Source: Candidatus Moraniibacteriota bacterium
GTDB lineage: Bacteria; Patescibacteriota; Minisyncoccia; Moranbacterales; GWC2-37-73
DNA length: 43,842 bases
Assembly: GCA_003510895.1 (NCBI GenBank)
Contig: DOKE01000011.1
Span: 35,821 to 79,662, forward strand
Direction: 5' to 3'
A program made the position numbers and the translations under genes. The notes beneath the pieces are model-generated. The model was not told the origin of the DNA. It saw only the letters and a program-made list of their open reading frames with translations, and did no database searches. The stretch's first letter is position 1; every line of letters starts with the position of its first letter. Positions 1-8,926 of this stretch are shown in pieces.

Positions 1-26
1 CGCCGATTTGGCAGAGCGGGATTTTT

Positions 27-58
27 TTGCAATAAGTGTCGATAAAAATATGTAATAC
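27..58 (+). promoter_or_regulatory. candidate sigma70-like promoter upstream of first gene
   Basis: TTGCAA at 27-32, 16-nt spacer, TATGTA at 49-54 (alternative -10 TAATAC at 53-58). It lies only 5-9 nt before ATG 64 and there is no Shine-Dalgarno. Chance matches are likely in this AT-rich context. Confidence 0.25.
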
Positions 59-63
59 TAAGT

Positions 64-939
64 ATGAGTAAAAGCATATCATTTTTTTCGGTGATAATTA
101 TTATATTTCTAGTAGTTGTCTTTAGGGGCGTTTTTTTCACTAAGAAAGACGTTGTTGTTGATGATAATTTGAATCCGCAAAAAAACACTTCGCAACGGCA
201 ACAAATGGAAGAAAAAATTCCTGATGATGCGGAAATGGTTGTTTTGAAAAAACCGAAATCCAATGAAACAATTTCCAGCCCATTGAAAATTGAAGGGGAG
301 GCTAGGGGTAATTGGTTTTTTGAGGGAATTTTTCTGATTAAATTAACAGATAAAGAAGGCAATGTTTTGTCGCAATCTAACGCTAAAGCGCTTTCTGACT
401 GGATGACAACTAAATTTGTTTCATTTGAATCGGAGATTATTTTTGACAAAAAAAATTTCAGTGAAGGAATTTTGGTTTTTGAGAAAAGCAATCCCTCTGG
501 AATTCCAGAAAATAATCAAAGTTTCAAATTGCCGGTATTTTTCGATTTCAGCGAGGAAACTTCAATAGAAGTGTATTTTGGAAAAAGTCGGTCTGATTCG
601 CAAAATGAAGATTGCAATAAGGTTTATCCGGTAACAAGAAAAGTAAAAAAAGTTCAAAAAATAGGTCAATCGGCAATAGAACAGCTTTTAGTTGGACCGA
701 CCGATGAAGAAAAAGAAGATGGTTATTTTACTTCAATACCGGAAGACGTTCAGCTTATGGGTTTATCCATCCAACACGGCATTGCTTTCGTTGATTTTAA
801 TGATAAACTTGATCAGGAGGCAGACAAGTCCTGCCGATCTGTTATGATTCGGGCTCAAATAACAGAAACTCTGAAGCAATTTTTAAATGTGGATGACGTG
901 CAAATATATATCGGGAGCAGAATAGAAGATGTTTTGTAG
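64..939 (+). CDS. membrane-anchored Gmad2 Ig-like + GerMN domain protein
   Basis: N-terminal TM helix (FFSVIIIIFLVVVF). PLKIEGEARGNWFFEGIF...DWMTTKFVSF...SNPSG fits the Gmad2 Ig-like domain pattern. LLVGPTDEEKEDGYFTSIP...AFVDFN...IRAQITETLKQF fits the GerMN pattern. Confidence 0.7.
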   Translation: MSKSISFFSVIIIIFLVVVFRGVFFTKKDVVVDDNLNPQKNTSQRQQMEEKIPDDAEMVVLKKPKSNETISSPLKIEGEARGNWFFEGIFLIKLTDKEGNVLSQSNAKALSDWMTTKFVSFESEIIFDKKNFSEGILVFEKSNPSGIPENNQSFKLPVFFDFSEETSIEVYFGKSRSDSQNEDCNKVYPVTRKVKKVQKIGQSAIEQLLVGPTDEEKEDGYFTSIPEDVQLMGLSIQHGIAFVDFNDKLDQEADKSCRSVMIRAQITETLKQFLNVDDVQIYIGSRIEDVL

Positions 940-959
940 AAAAGATAATCTTTTTGAAA

Positions 960-1514
960 ATGAGAATAGTTTTAAAAAATATTGAAATTGAATATGAATT
1001 AAAAAAAAGTAAAAGGGCGCGTCAAATGCGGTTGGTGGTTGATTATTTCGGAAAAATATCAGTAACAATTCCTTGGCGGTTAAATGAAAAAACAGCAGAA
1101 GATTTTTTGATTAAAAAATCCGATTGGATTCTTGAAAGAAAAGAATATTTTTCAAAATTTAAAGACAAAACTTTTATAAAAACCAGTCGAAAGGATTATT
1201 TGAAACACAAGGAAACAGCCCGAAAAATTATTACGGAGAGAGTGAAATATTTTAATGGATTTTATAATTTTAAATTCAATCGCATTAATATAAAAAATCA
1301 AAAAACTTTGTGGGGAAGTTGTTCTCAGGGAGGCAATTTGAATTTTAATTATATCTTGGCTTTGGTTTCCGCGGAAATTGTTGACTATATCGTTGTGCAC
1401 GAATTATGCCATCTTTGGGAATTCAATCATTCCAAGGAATTCTGGCGTTTGGTCGGTCTGACTATTCCCGATCATAAAGAAAAAAGAAAACTAGTTAAAA
1501 ATATTCATTTCTAA
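960..1514 (+). CDS. YgjP-like DUF45 / M48-family zinc metallohydrolase
   Basis: C-terminal HExxH motif (VHELCHLWEFNHSKEFW) and the size and layout typical of DUF45. The ORF track starts at TTG 954; the first ATG is at 960. Confidence 0.75.
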   Translation: MRIVLKNIEIEYELKKSKRARQMRLVVDYFGKISVTIPWRLNEKTAEDFLIKKSDWILERKEYFSKFKDKTFIKTSRKDYLKHKETARKIITERVKYFNGFYNFKFNRINIKNQKTLWGSCSQGGNLNFNYILALVSAEIVDYIVVHELCHLWEFNHSKEFWRLVGLTIPDHKEKRKLVKNIHF

Positions 1515-1525
1515 CTTATTTTTAT

Positions 1526-2644
1526 ATGAAAATTGCAATTCAAGTTGCGGATTTAGATCATAGTCGAATTGACGGAACTCGCGTTTATATTTTTAACTTG
1601 CTTAAATTTTTTGGTAAGTTGGATATAAATAGTGAATTTTTTTTATATCATCGAAAAGATTTTAATTCGGAATTGATTCCGCCGAAATTCGCAAATTATA
1701 AGATTATCCGGAAATCATTTCCTTTTTTGTGGACGCAAATCAGGTTCGCGTATGAGATTTGGAAAGAAAATCCGGATGTATTGTGGATGCCAATGCACAA
1801 TTTGCCGATTTGCAGAAGAAAAAATTTGAAAACAGTTGTGACGATTCATGATTTGGCATTTAAGATTTTTCCTGAATCATTTGCGAAACGTGATTTGCGC
1901 AAGTTGAATTTTTTTGCGGATTATTCAATTGCGAATGCTGACAAAATAATTGCGATTTCCGAAGCGACCAAGAATGATATTTTGAAATTTTATCCCAAGA
2001 TTGATGCGAAAAAAATCAAAGTTATCCATCATGGATTCAGCGCGGATGTTTTTTCGCAGCAGCGCGATAGGGAATATGAAAGTGAATTGAAAAGAAGACT
2101 GGGAATAGTCGGGGATTATATTTTGTATTCCGGTGCATTGCAACCAAGAAAAAACGTTGAGAGATTGATTGAAGCCTTTGAAATGCATAAAAAACGTTCC
2201 AGGTCGGATGTTAAATTGGTGTTGGCGGGAGAAAAGGCTTGGCTGTGGGATAACATTGAGAAAAAAGTTAAAAATAGCCCATATTGTGCAGATATCATAA
2301 TGCCCGGTAAACTCAAATTTTGCGATATAGGACATTTATTTCGGGGGGCGGGTGTAGTTGTCTACCCTTCATTATATGAGGGTTTTGGCATTACAATTTT
2401 GGAAGCTTTTGCTTCCAATGCCCCGCTTATAACCGCTTCGAATTCGTCTTTGCCGGAAGTGGGCGGGGATGCGGCTTTATATTTCGACGCAATCAATGCG
2501 GATGAATTAAGCGCGCAAATAGAAAAAGTTTTGAGCGATGAAAAACTGCGAACCGATTTAATTGAAAAAGGCAGAGAACAACTAAAGAAATTTTCTTGGG
2601 AAAAATGCGCCAAGGAAACCCTGAATTTTTTACGGGAAAAATAA
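1526..2644 (+). CDS. GT4-family (group 1) glycosyltransferase
   Basis: Canonical GT-B C-terminal motif YPSLYEGFGITILEAFASNAPLITASNSSLPEVGGDAALYFD (EX7E). Confidence 0.85.
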   Translation: MKIAIQVADLDHSRIDGTRVYIFNLLKFFGKLDINSEFFLYHRKDFNSELIPPKFANYKIIRKSFPFLWTQIRFAYEIWKENPDVLWMPMHNLPICRRKNLKTVVTIHDLAFKIFPESFAKRDLRKLNFFADYSIANADKIIAISEATKNDILKFYPKIDAKKIKVIHHGFSADVFSQQRDREYESELKRRLGIVGDYILYSGALQPRKNVERLIEAFEMHKKRSRSDVKLVLAGEKAWLWDNIEKKVKNSPYCADIIMPGKLKFCDIGHLFRGAGVVVYPSLYEGFGITILEAFASNAPLITASNSSLPEVGGDAALYFDAINADELSAQIEKVLSDEKLRTDLIEKGREQLKKFSWEKCAKETLNFLREK

Positions 2645-2666
2645 TCGGATAGAATGGGAAGATATT

Positions 2667-3065
2667 TTATTTTTTATTGGGAAAGATTGGGAATATATCG
2701 TGAAAAAGAAAAAAGAAAATCAATAGTGTCGCGCTGGTGATGAGGATGTTTTGCCAGAGAGAAAATTTCAAAAGAGAATTGCCGATTAAGAGAAAAGAAA
2801 ATAATATTACAAGCGGAAAAAGATGATTTTTTTCCGGTTTATTGAAATTAATATTTATTTTTCTTCCAATATGGGAAATTATCCAAAGATTGGCAAAGAC
2901 TAAAAAAGAAATAATCAAAAAACCTTCGTTTTGGGAAACTATTCCCGGCAGCACTGCTTCCAGAAGAAGCGCTACAAAAAAAGAGAACAGCAACCAAAAC
3001 AAACTATCGTGAAGAAGTTTATACGCAAGTATGGATAATTGTTTTTTGTCTAACTCTTTTTTCAT
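2667..3065 (-). CDS. small polytopic membrane protein, unknown function
   Basis: 132-aa ORF with about 4 hydrophobic helices. It is last in the minus-strand operon starting at 6222. I recognise no family. Confidence 0.5.
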   Translation of the reverse strand: MKKELDKKQLSILAYKLLHDSLFWLLFSFFVALLLEAVLPGIVSQNEGFLIISFLVFANLWIISHIGRKININFNKPEKNHLFPLVILFSFLLIGNSLLKFSLWQNILITSATLLIFFFLFHDIFPIFPNKK

Positions 3066-3085
3066 TTCTTTGGGTGTAGTTTTTA

Positions 3086-4417
3086 TTATTTAGATATGTA
3101 ATTTCTTGCAATATTATTTCGCAGAGACAATAGGGATAATTTCAAATTTGTCAGATTGATGTTTTGATTGAAATGCGCATCAAGAGAAGCAATTTCTGTC
3201 GGTTTTTCAAAATTTATGGAAAATAAATAGGAATTTCCTTTGAAATTTTTGATGTTATCCAAGCTTGTTTCGCAGCCATAATTTCTGGCAAGAAAAGAAG
3301 CTTTTTTTATTTTGCAAGTATTCTCTGCTATTAAGCTTTTATTTTCAATTAAAACTGGATTATTTCTCAGATATGTTTTTAAGATGGATTCACTTTTTAT
3401 TTTTCGTTTGGTTTTTCCTTGAATATAATAGTATTCATTAGTTTCGCTGTTTTTGAATATTGTTCCCGATGGATGGGCGCCTCTGATTGTGAAAAGTTTT
3501 GCTTTTTGATACATTCCAATTTCTTCGCTGTTGGCTTGCAATATATCAGACCAAATGTAACCCATTCCTTCGAAGGTAGCCGGATTGTCTATTGGATTAA
3601 TAAAACCGTCGCTTGCGATGTAGGCAGATTCTCCCGCCGCTATCAATGTTCCGTCATTAAATCCAAGCATATCTTCCGAAACAGTAAAATTATTTATGAA
3701 AGAAGGATCTTTGTCGATTGCTTGTTCGATTGAATATTGAGTCAGATAAGCGTTTTCACTGACAAATTGTCGAAGATTTGAATCTTGAAGCTGATAATAA
3801 ATATCAGCTATTCGGAAAATTGAATTATTGGGATAGGTTGTCTCTGAAACTATGAGAGCATCTGTCGCATTATATTTTAAGTCTTCTAAAGAAACTTCCA
3901 AGAAAGCTTCTTTTTTGAAACCCATTTTATAAGCTAAATCAGGAGAAGAAAATTTTCTGAGTTTGTCATTGGAAACAATAAAAAGATCCACATTGTTTTT
4001 CAAAAGAGTTCCATTCTTGAATCCCAAATCATTTCTATCCGGATAGAAAAAAGACGCGTAAGATTTTTTAATGCTTATTTCTCCAATAATTGAATCATTA
4101 AAATTTTCTGACGGAACAAAATTTATGCTGGCGGTGGAATATATGCCAGTTGCAGCAGCGTTAAAAAAAAGATTTTTTCCTTCAGGTATTTTTCCGTTTT
4201 CATATAAATTTCCATTGGACATTTTCATTTCATTGATTGAATTTTTGGATGAATTGATATTTTGAAAGGAAAAATTGAAAGATTTTTCGGGAAATAATAT
4301 TTTATAAGCAACGAATATCCCGGTTGTTAAAAAAATAATAAAAACAAAAAATCTGGAAAATATATATATTTTCCTCAATGATTTTTCCAGTTGTATTTCT
4401 TTTGTAAACTCAAACAT
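3086..4417 (-). CDS. N-terminally anchored extracytoplasmic protein, unknown function
   Basis: 443-aa ORF with one N-terminal TM (IYIFSRFFVFIIFLTTGIFVAY) followed by about 400 aa of hydrophilic sequence. Its ATG overlaps the stop of the upstream GT-C gene by 1 nt (TAATG at 4417). Confidence 0.6.
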   Translation of the reverse strand: MFEFTKEIQLEKSLRKIYIFSRFFVFIIFLTTGIFVAYKILFPEKSFNFSFQNINSSKNSINEMKMSNGNLYENGKIPEGKNLFFNAAATGIYSTASINFVPSENFNDSIIGEISIKKSYASFFYPDRNDLGFKNGTLLKNNVDLFIVSNDKLRKFSSPDLAYKMGFKKEAFLEVSLEDLKYNATDALIVSETTYPNNSIFRIADIYYQLQDSNLRQFVSENAYLTQYSIEQAIDKDPSFINNFTVSEDMLGFNDGTLIAAGESAYIASDGFINPIDNPATFEGMGYIWSDILQANSEEIGMYQKAKLFTIRGAHPSGTIFKNSETNEYYYIQGKTKRKIKSESILKTYLRNNPVLIENKSLIAENTCKIKKASFLARNYGCETSLDNIKNFKGNSYLFSINFEKPTEIASLDAHFNQNINLTNLKLSLLSLRNNIARNYISK

Positions 4418-6222
4418 TATTGTTTTTTTAATTTTAAAATGTATCCTTCAATCGCGACATTTTCCTTGGCCGGATATCTTATGATGGGCAATATGTCATT
4501 TTTTTTGAATTCAGAAAGGCGAGTAGTTTGGAATATATATTTCTCTTTAATTTCCAAGCGATTGCCCAATTCGCTTCCCGCATAATAGGCTAAATTTTCT
4601 TTGGGCGAAAGGAGATAGATATTTTCAAATTTTTGCAGGTCTATTTTTTTTATATCGGATGGATTGAAAAAATAAACAGCTTGTTTCTTGAAAATACTTT
4701 CCAATGGTCCGGAAATCATTGACCATCCGTCTCCGCTAGCTAATCTGTCCACTAAAATCAAATCTTTGTCTGAGAATTTTGCGCTTATTTTTTTCGTTTG
4801 CTCAATCAGATTTTGGTTTTCCGAATAAAAAGCGTAGCGAGAAAACGATTTGAGATTTAAAAATAGCAAAGTGATGATTGCAATAGTGGAAAAATATTTG
4901 GAAAATGCCGGACGCCTAGGTTCGCCTTCTTTTTTGCTTAGCAACATTTTGAATAAATATGTTGTATAAAAAATAAAAAGGGGCAGGATCGCAAAGACAA
5001 ATCTTCTCAGCATCCAAGGATGGTCCGAAGATATATTTGAATCAATAAGATATATGAGGGCGGGGAATGTGACTAGCAATGGAATTAAAATAAAAATCGA
5101 TTTTTCCCAGAAAGATTTTATCGCGCCTATGAATCCCAGAATTAAAAATCCAGCAAGTCCATATAGAATGTATATCTGGGAAACGCGTATGGCCGGAGAA
5201 AAAACTGTATGGGAAAAATCTTGAGTCCTGACTTCTGGTTCAGAGAATTGATTGATAACCGCTTTGGCTATTTCCCTAAAAAATGGCAGATCTTTTTGAA
5301 AATTAATGACAAATATGACAAAAAAAGCCAGAAGAGCGATTAATATATTTTTGTAATTTATTTTTATAAATTTTCTAAAATGTTTGCTTAACGAAAGAAT
5401 AAGTAAACTGGCTGGCACAAAAGCGTAGCTTTCTATTCGAGTGAATATGAGCAAAGTGGATACTGCGAAATATAGAGAAAATATTTTTAAATCAGGTTTT
5501 TTTATTAAATAAAAAACAGTCAAAATCATTATCCATAAAAGCGGCATAGTCAGATTTTCGCTGAGAGTGGATTTGAAAAACCATACAAATGAAAAAGATG
5601 TCAGTGTGAAAAACAAGAGAAGGTAGGAATATTTTGTTCCAAGAAGTTCTTTTCCAATAAAATAAAAAGAAAGTAAAAACAAATAAAAAGCTATGGCATT
5701 GGCGATGATCATCCCCGTGAAACCAAAAACAGAGAAAAAAGCTCCCAGCCACGAAATGTATCCCAAAGGAAATTGGGTTGTCAATTCTCCATTGTTTGTG
5801 TAGTGAAATCCGGGAAAGTTTAGGGCCTTGCCGGATCCGTATATGGAAAAAAATTCTTCGGAAGCGATATTTGAAAAAGCTAAATGATGATGACTACTTA
5901 AATTTATGGCGGCATTACTCAAAGAACCCTGGTCTCTTCCTGAGAAAATGGTGGGAGTAACAAAAAAAGAAAATAGTGTAATTAGGGCAATAAATATTAT
6001 GTTTATAATTATGAAACTTCTGGAAAGTTCGAATCTAATTTTATTTTTTAGAACAGCCCAGGAAGAATACAATATTCCCAGTGAGAAATAGGAGATAAAA
6101 ATCCATCCATAGAAAAAATTAAGCAATGTTGATAGCAACGCCAGTATGCCGAATATTCCCCAGAACAAGGAAAAATTCAAAAAAAATGTTTGATCGCTTA
6201 TGATCCTTTTAGTTTCTTTCAT
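4417..6222 (-). CDS. GT-C-fold-like integral membrane glycosyltransferase (ArnT/PMT-like), putative
   Basis: 601 aa with more than 10 TM helices, an early extracytoplasmic loop carrying an acidic residue (SGRDQG) and a C-terminal soluble domain of about 150 aa. The assignment rests on architecture only, not on a recognised signature. Confidence 0.55.
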   Translation of the reverse strand: MKETKRIISDQTFFLNFSLFWGIFGILALLSTLLNFFYGWIFISYFSLGILYSSWAVLKNKIRFELSRSFIIINIIFIALITLFSFFVTPTIFSGRDQGSLSNAAINLSSHHHLAFSNIASEEFFSIYGSGKALNFPGFHYTNNGELTTQFPLGYISWLGAFFSVFGFTGMIIANAIAFYLFLLSFYFIGKELLGTKYSYLLLFFTLTSFSFVWFFKSTLSENLTMPLLWIMILTVFYLIKKPDLKIFSLYFAVSTLLIFTRIESYAFVPASLLILSLSKHFRKFIKINYKNILIALLAFFVIFVINFQKDLPFFREIAKAVINQFSEPEVRTQDFSHTVFSPAIRVSQIYILYGLAGFLILGFIGAIKSFWEKSIFILIPLLVTFPALIYLIDSNISSDHPWMLRRFVFAILPLFIFYTTYLFKMLLSKKEGEPRRPAFSKYFSTIAIITLLFLNLKSFSRYAFYSENQNLIEQTKKISAKFSDKDLILVDRLASGDGWSMISGPLESIFKKQAVYFFNPSDIKKIDLQKFENIYLLSPKENLAYYAGSELGNRLEIKEKYIFQTTRLSEFKKNDILPIIRYPAKENVAIEGYILKLKKQ

Positions 6223-6229
6223 TGATATT

Positions 6230-6258
6230 ATTATATCTTTGATTTATCTATTTGCCAA
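6230..6258 (-). promoter_or_regulatory. sigma70-like promoter for the 6222 minus-strand operon, probably leaderless
   Basis: The minus strand reads TTGGCA (6258-6253), a 17-nt spacer, TATAAT (6235-6230), then 7 nt and ATG at 6222. Confidence 0.55.
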
Positions 6259-6280
6259 GGCGCGACAGAAGCGTTAAAAT
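6252..6280 (+). promoter_or_regulatory. sigma70-like promoter for the Clp-like ATPase gene
   Basis: TTGCCA (6252-6257), 17-nt spacer, TAAAAT (6275-6280), about 65 nt upstream of ATG 6345. Its -35 box overlaps the -35 box of the divergent promoter. Confidence 0.45.
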
Positions 6281-6344
6281 AGAAAAAAGGTTTGCTTCGA
6301 AGCGTGATTTTTTCAGTTTTCAAAAACTAAAATCAAAATCAAAA

Positions 6345-8846
6345 ATGACAAAAAGAAAAACATTTCATTACACCAGATTGCTTGATGATAAAAAAAACAA
6401 AAAAACAAGTTTTTTTAGTTGGTACTATGAAGACGGGTTGCGCGAGTTTTTGGAAATTTGGAAAAATTTTTTGAAATTTATTTTGGTTTATTTTTCAATT
6501 TTTGATCTTTTTCACACAATTATTTCTCCCTGGAAAAGAGATGCGCAGGCGGGGAATTGGCGCGGTTGGCATCCTTTGAAAACTGCGCAGCTTTTGTTTA
6601 ATAATTTGTTTTCAAGATCTGCTGGTCTTTTAGTCAGAACGGCGACTATTTCAGTCGGTTTATTTTTATTTTTTGCTTTATTTTTCTTGGGAGTTTTCCT
6701 GTTAATGTTGTGGTTGATTTTCCCGGCGTTATTTATTTTTTTAGCGTTAAAAACCGTTAATGGAACTTCGATGGCTTTTGGATTTTTCGGAACAAGTGTT
6801 ATTTATATAGTTATTGTTAAATTAGCGCATAGTTTGGACACGAAAATTCCTTATGAAAATATGGATAAGGATGTTCTGAGCAGAAAGAAAATATTTGAAC
6901 GTATTTGCAATAGACTTGGAATGCCCAAAAGAATTTTTCCCAAAAGTGTTTTTAAAAGTGAAGAGTCTTTGAAGATATTTTTAAAATCGGAAAACTTGAC
7001 TCTTTCGGATTTTGAAAAAATATTAGATTGGGAAATAAAACTAGCCAATAATTATGAATCCAGGAATTATTTTTGGCGTTGGGATAATTTGAAGAAAATT
7101 TCTCCGATTGGATCGCAGTGGAAATATGCCTATACGGTTAATCTTGATAACTATTCAACTGATCTTTCTGTTTTTGATCTCACTGAATATAGGGATAAAA
7201 AATTAAATGGCAGAGAAGATGAGGAGGAACTTTTGAATTTGATTTTGCAAAGACCTGATCAAAATTGCGCTCTCATTGTTGGAGGTTCGGGAATAGGAAA
7301 AAGCACGCTTGTTCATTCGTTTGCGGAAAAAATACGACTGAATAAAGCTGATCGTTTTTTTAAAAATAAAAGAATGGTTATTTTAGACGCAAGTAGAGTT
7401 ATTGCCGGAGCGATCAACAAAGGCATTGACGCAGAAAGCGTTTTGCGAGAATTATTTGCGGAAGTTTCTTATGCTGGAAATATAATTTTGGTTATTGAAC
7501 ATCTTGAGCAATATCTTGGCAAGAGTGGAAATGTTTTTCATCCGGATATAGAATTGGTGATGAGCGAGTTTCTTGCCCATCCGAATTTTCAAGTTATAGC
7601 CACTTCTTCCAATAAAGAATATCACCAACTTATAGAAAAACATGATCAAATTTTGAAATATTTTGAAGTTATTGAAATGCGAGAACCATCACTTGATGAA
7701 ACTCTGGACATTCTATATGGCACATTGAGATTATATGAATCCAAAAATGTTATTTTCACTCACGAAGCCTTGAAATCCATCATAAAAGAATCCGGCAGGT
7801 ATAACTGGTCTTCTCCGCTTCCGGAAAGGGCAATTGATTTGGCTATGGATGTTTTCACTTATTGGGAAAAAAAATCGCAATCTCTTTTTATTAATGAACA
7901 AACGGTTTTGGATTTTATTTCACTTAAAACAGGAATGCCCCACGGAGAAATCAGACCGGGAGAAAGAAAGCAGCTTATGAATTTGGAAAAAAATCTTCAT
8001 CAGCAAATAATAGGTCAGGAAGAAGCAGTCAATCAAATAGCTGAAGCGCTAAGAAGAACCAGGAGCGGAATTTCCAATTCAAAAAAACCGGTGGGCAGTT
8101 TTCTGTTTTTAGGTCCGACTGGAGTGGGAAAAACTGAAACAGCCAAGGCTTTGGCGAAAATATATTTTGGAGATGAAGAGAAAATGATCCGATTTGATAT
8201 GAGTGAATTTCAAACTCCCAGTTCAATTGACAGGTTGATTGGATCGAGCCAATTGAATCAACCGGGGAGACTAGCGACACAAGTGAAAGATAATCCTTAC
8301 TCGCTTATTCTTTTGGATGAAATCGAAAAAGCGTATCCGGAAATTTTGGATATTTTTCTTCAAATTCTTGACGAAGGTTATGTTACAGACGCCTTTGGAG
8401 AGAAAATAAATTTTAGAAATACGATAATTATCGCCACTTCAAATGCTGGCGCGGCGCTTATTAAAAACGAAGTTGAAAAAGGGATGGCTCCAGAATTGAT
8501 CAAGAAAGACATTATAGATTATGCTGTTGCTAATAATATATTCAGAGTGGAATTTTTGAATCGTTTTGATGGGGTAATATTTTTTCGTCCTCTTATGGGA
8601 AGCGAGTTGACAAGCGTGGTCAAGCTTATGCTTAAAAAATTAGCCAGAAGATTGTTGAATGAAAAAAATATTGAGGTTGAATTTTCAAATGAAATTGCGG
8701 AAAAAATAATTGAAGGAGGATATAATCCGATTTTTGGAGCCAGATCGCTCAATCGTTATATTGAAGATACGGTGGAAGATATTTTAGCTAAAAAAATAAT
8801 TTCCGGAGAGGTGAAAAAGGGAGAGAAAATAAAATTAGGAATATGA
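6345..8846 (+). CDS. membrane-anchored Clp/Hsp100-family double AAA+ ATPase (atypical ClpB/ClpC-like)
   Basis: D2 is canonical: FLFLGPTGVGKTE Walker A, LILLDEIEKA Walker B, ATSNAG sensor-1, FLNRFD Arg finger, GARSLNRYIE sensor-2. D1 has Walker A GGSGIGKST but a degenerate Walker B (ILVIEHLE). The N-terminal roughly 170 aa contain several TM helices. The ORF-track TTG at 6252 is better read as a -35 box, so I start the CDS at ATG 6345. Confidence 0.8.
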   Translation: MTKRKTFHYTRLLDDKKNKKTSFFSWYYEDGLREFLEIWKNFLKFILVYFSIFDLFHTIISPWKRDAQAGNWRGWHPLKTAQLLFNNLFSRSAGLLVRTATISVGLFLFFALFFLGVFLLMLWLIFPALFIFLALKTVNGTSMAFGFFGTSVIYIVIVKLAHSLDTKIPYENMDKDVLSRKKIFERICNRLGMPKRIFPKSVFKSEESLKIFLKSENLTLSDFEKILDWEIKLANNYESRNYFWRWDNLKKISPIGSQWKYAYTVNLDNYSTDLSVFDLTEYRDKKLNGREDEEELLNLILQRPDQNCALIVGGSGIGKSTLVHSFAEKIRLNKADRFFKNKRMVILDASRVIAGAINKGIDAESVLRELFAEVSYAGNIILVIEHLEQYLGKSGNVFHPDIELVMSEFLAHPNFQVIATSSNKEYHQLIEKHDQILKYFEVIEMREPSLDETLDILYGTLRLYESKNVIFTHEALKSIIKESGRYNWSSPLPERAIDLAMDVFTYWEKKSQSLFINEQTVLDFISLKTGMPHGEIRPGERKQLMNLEKNLHQQIIGQEEAVNQIAEALRRTRSGISNSKKPVGSFLFLGPTGVGKTETAKALAKIYFGDEEKMIRFDMSEFQTPSSIDRLIGSSQLNQPGRLATQVKDNPYSLILLDEIEKAYPEILDIFLQILDEGYVTDAFGEKINFRNTIIIATSNAGAALIKNEVEKGMAPELIKKDIIDYAVANNIFRVEFLNRFDGVIFFRPLMGSELTSVVKLMLKKLARRLLNEKNIEVEFSNEIAEKIIEGGYNPIFGARSLNRYIEDTVEDILAKKIISGEVKKGEKIKLGI

Positions 8847-8868
8847 GAAAGCGAGCAAAGACCGCTAA

Positions 8869-8896
8869 TTGATTTTTTTGTATAGTTTGATAATAT
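8869..8896 (+). promoter_or_regulatory. candidate sigma70-like promoter for the DUF4012 gene
   Basis: TTGATT (8869-8874), 16-nt spacer, TAATAT (8891-8896). GTG 8903 lies 6 nt after the -10 box and ATG 8927 lies 30 nt after it. Confidence 0.3.
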
Positions 8897-8926
8897 AGCT
8901 AAGTGAGTTTTGATTGGAAAAAATAT

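Noticed and set aside
1925-2335. 136-aa minus-strand ORF (also 2116-2316 and 2362-2613).
   Set aside because: These are shadow ORFs inside the well-supported GT4 gene 1526-2644.
6252-6344. TTG 6252 as the start codon of the Clp-like ATPase.
   Set aside because: That TTG is part of a well-spaced TTGCCA-17-TAAAAT promoter, and the extra 31 residues are Lys/Arg-rich filler. ATG 6345 is more plausible.
6345-8846. Annotating the AAA+ protein as a ClpC/ClpA protease subunit or as a bona fide ClpB disaggregase.
   Set aside because: It has no [IVL]GF ClpP-docking loop, no M-domain, no Clp N-domain and no pore-loop tyrosines. The family is clear but these functional labels are not supported.
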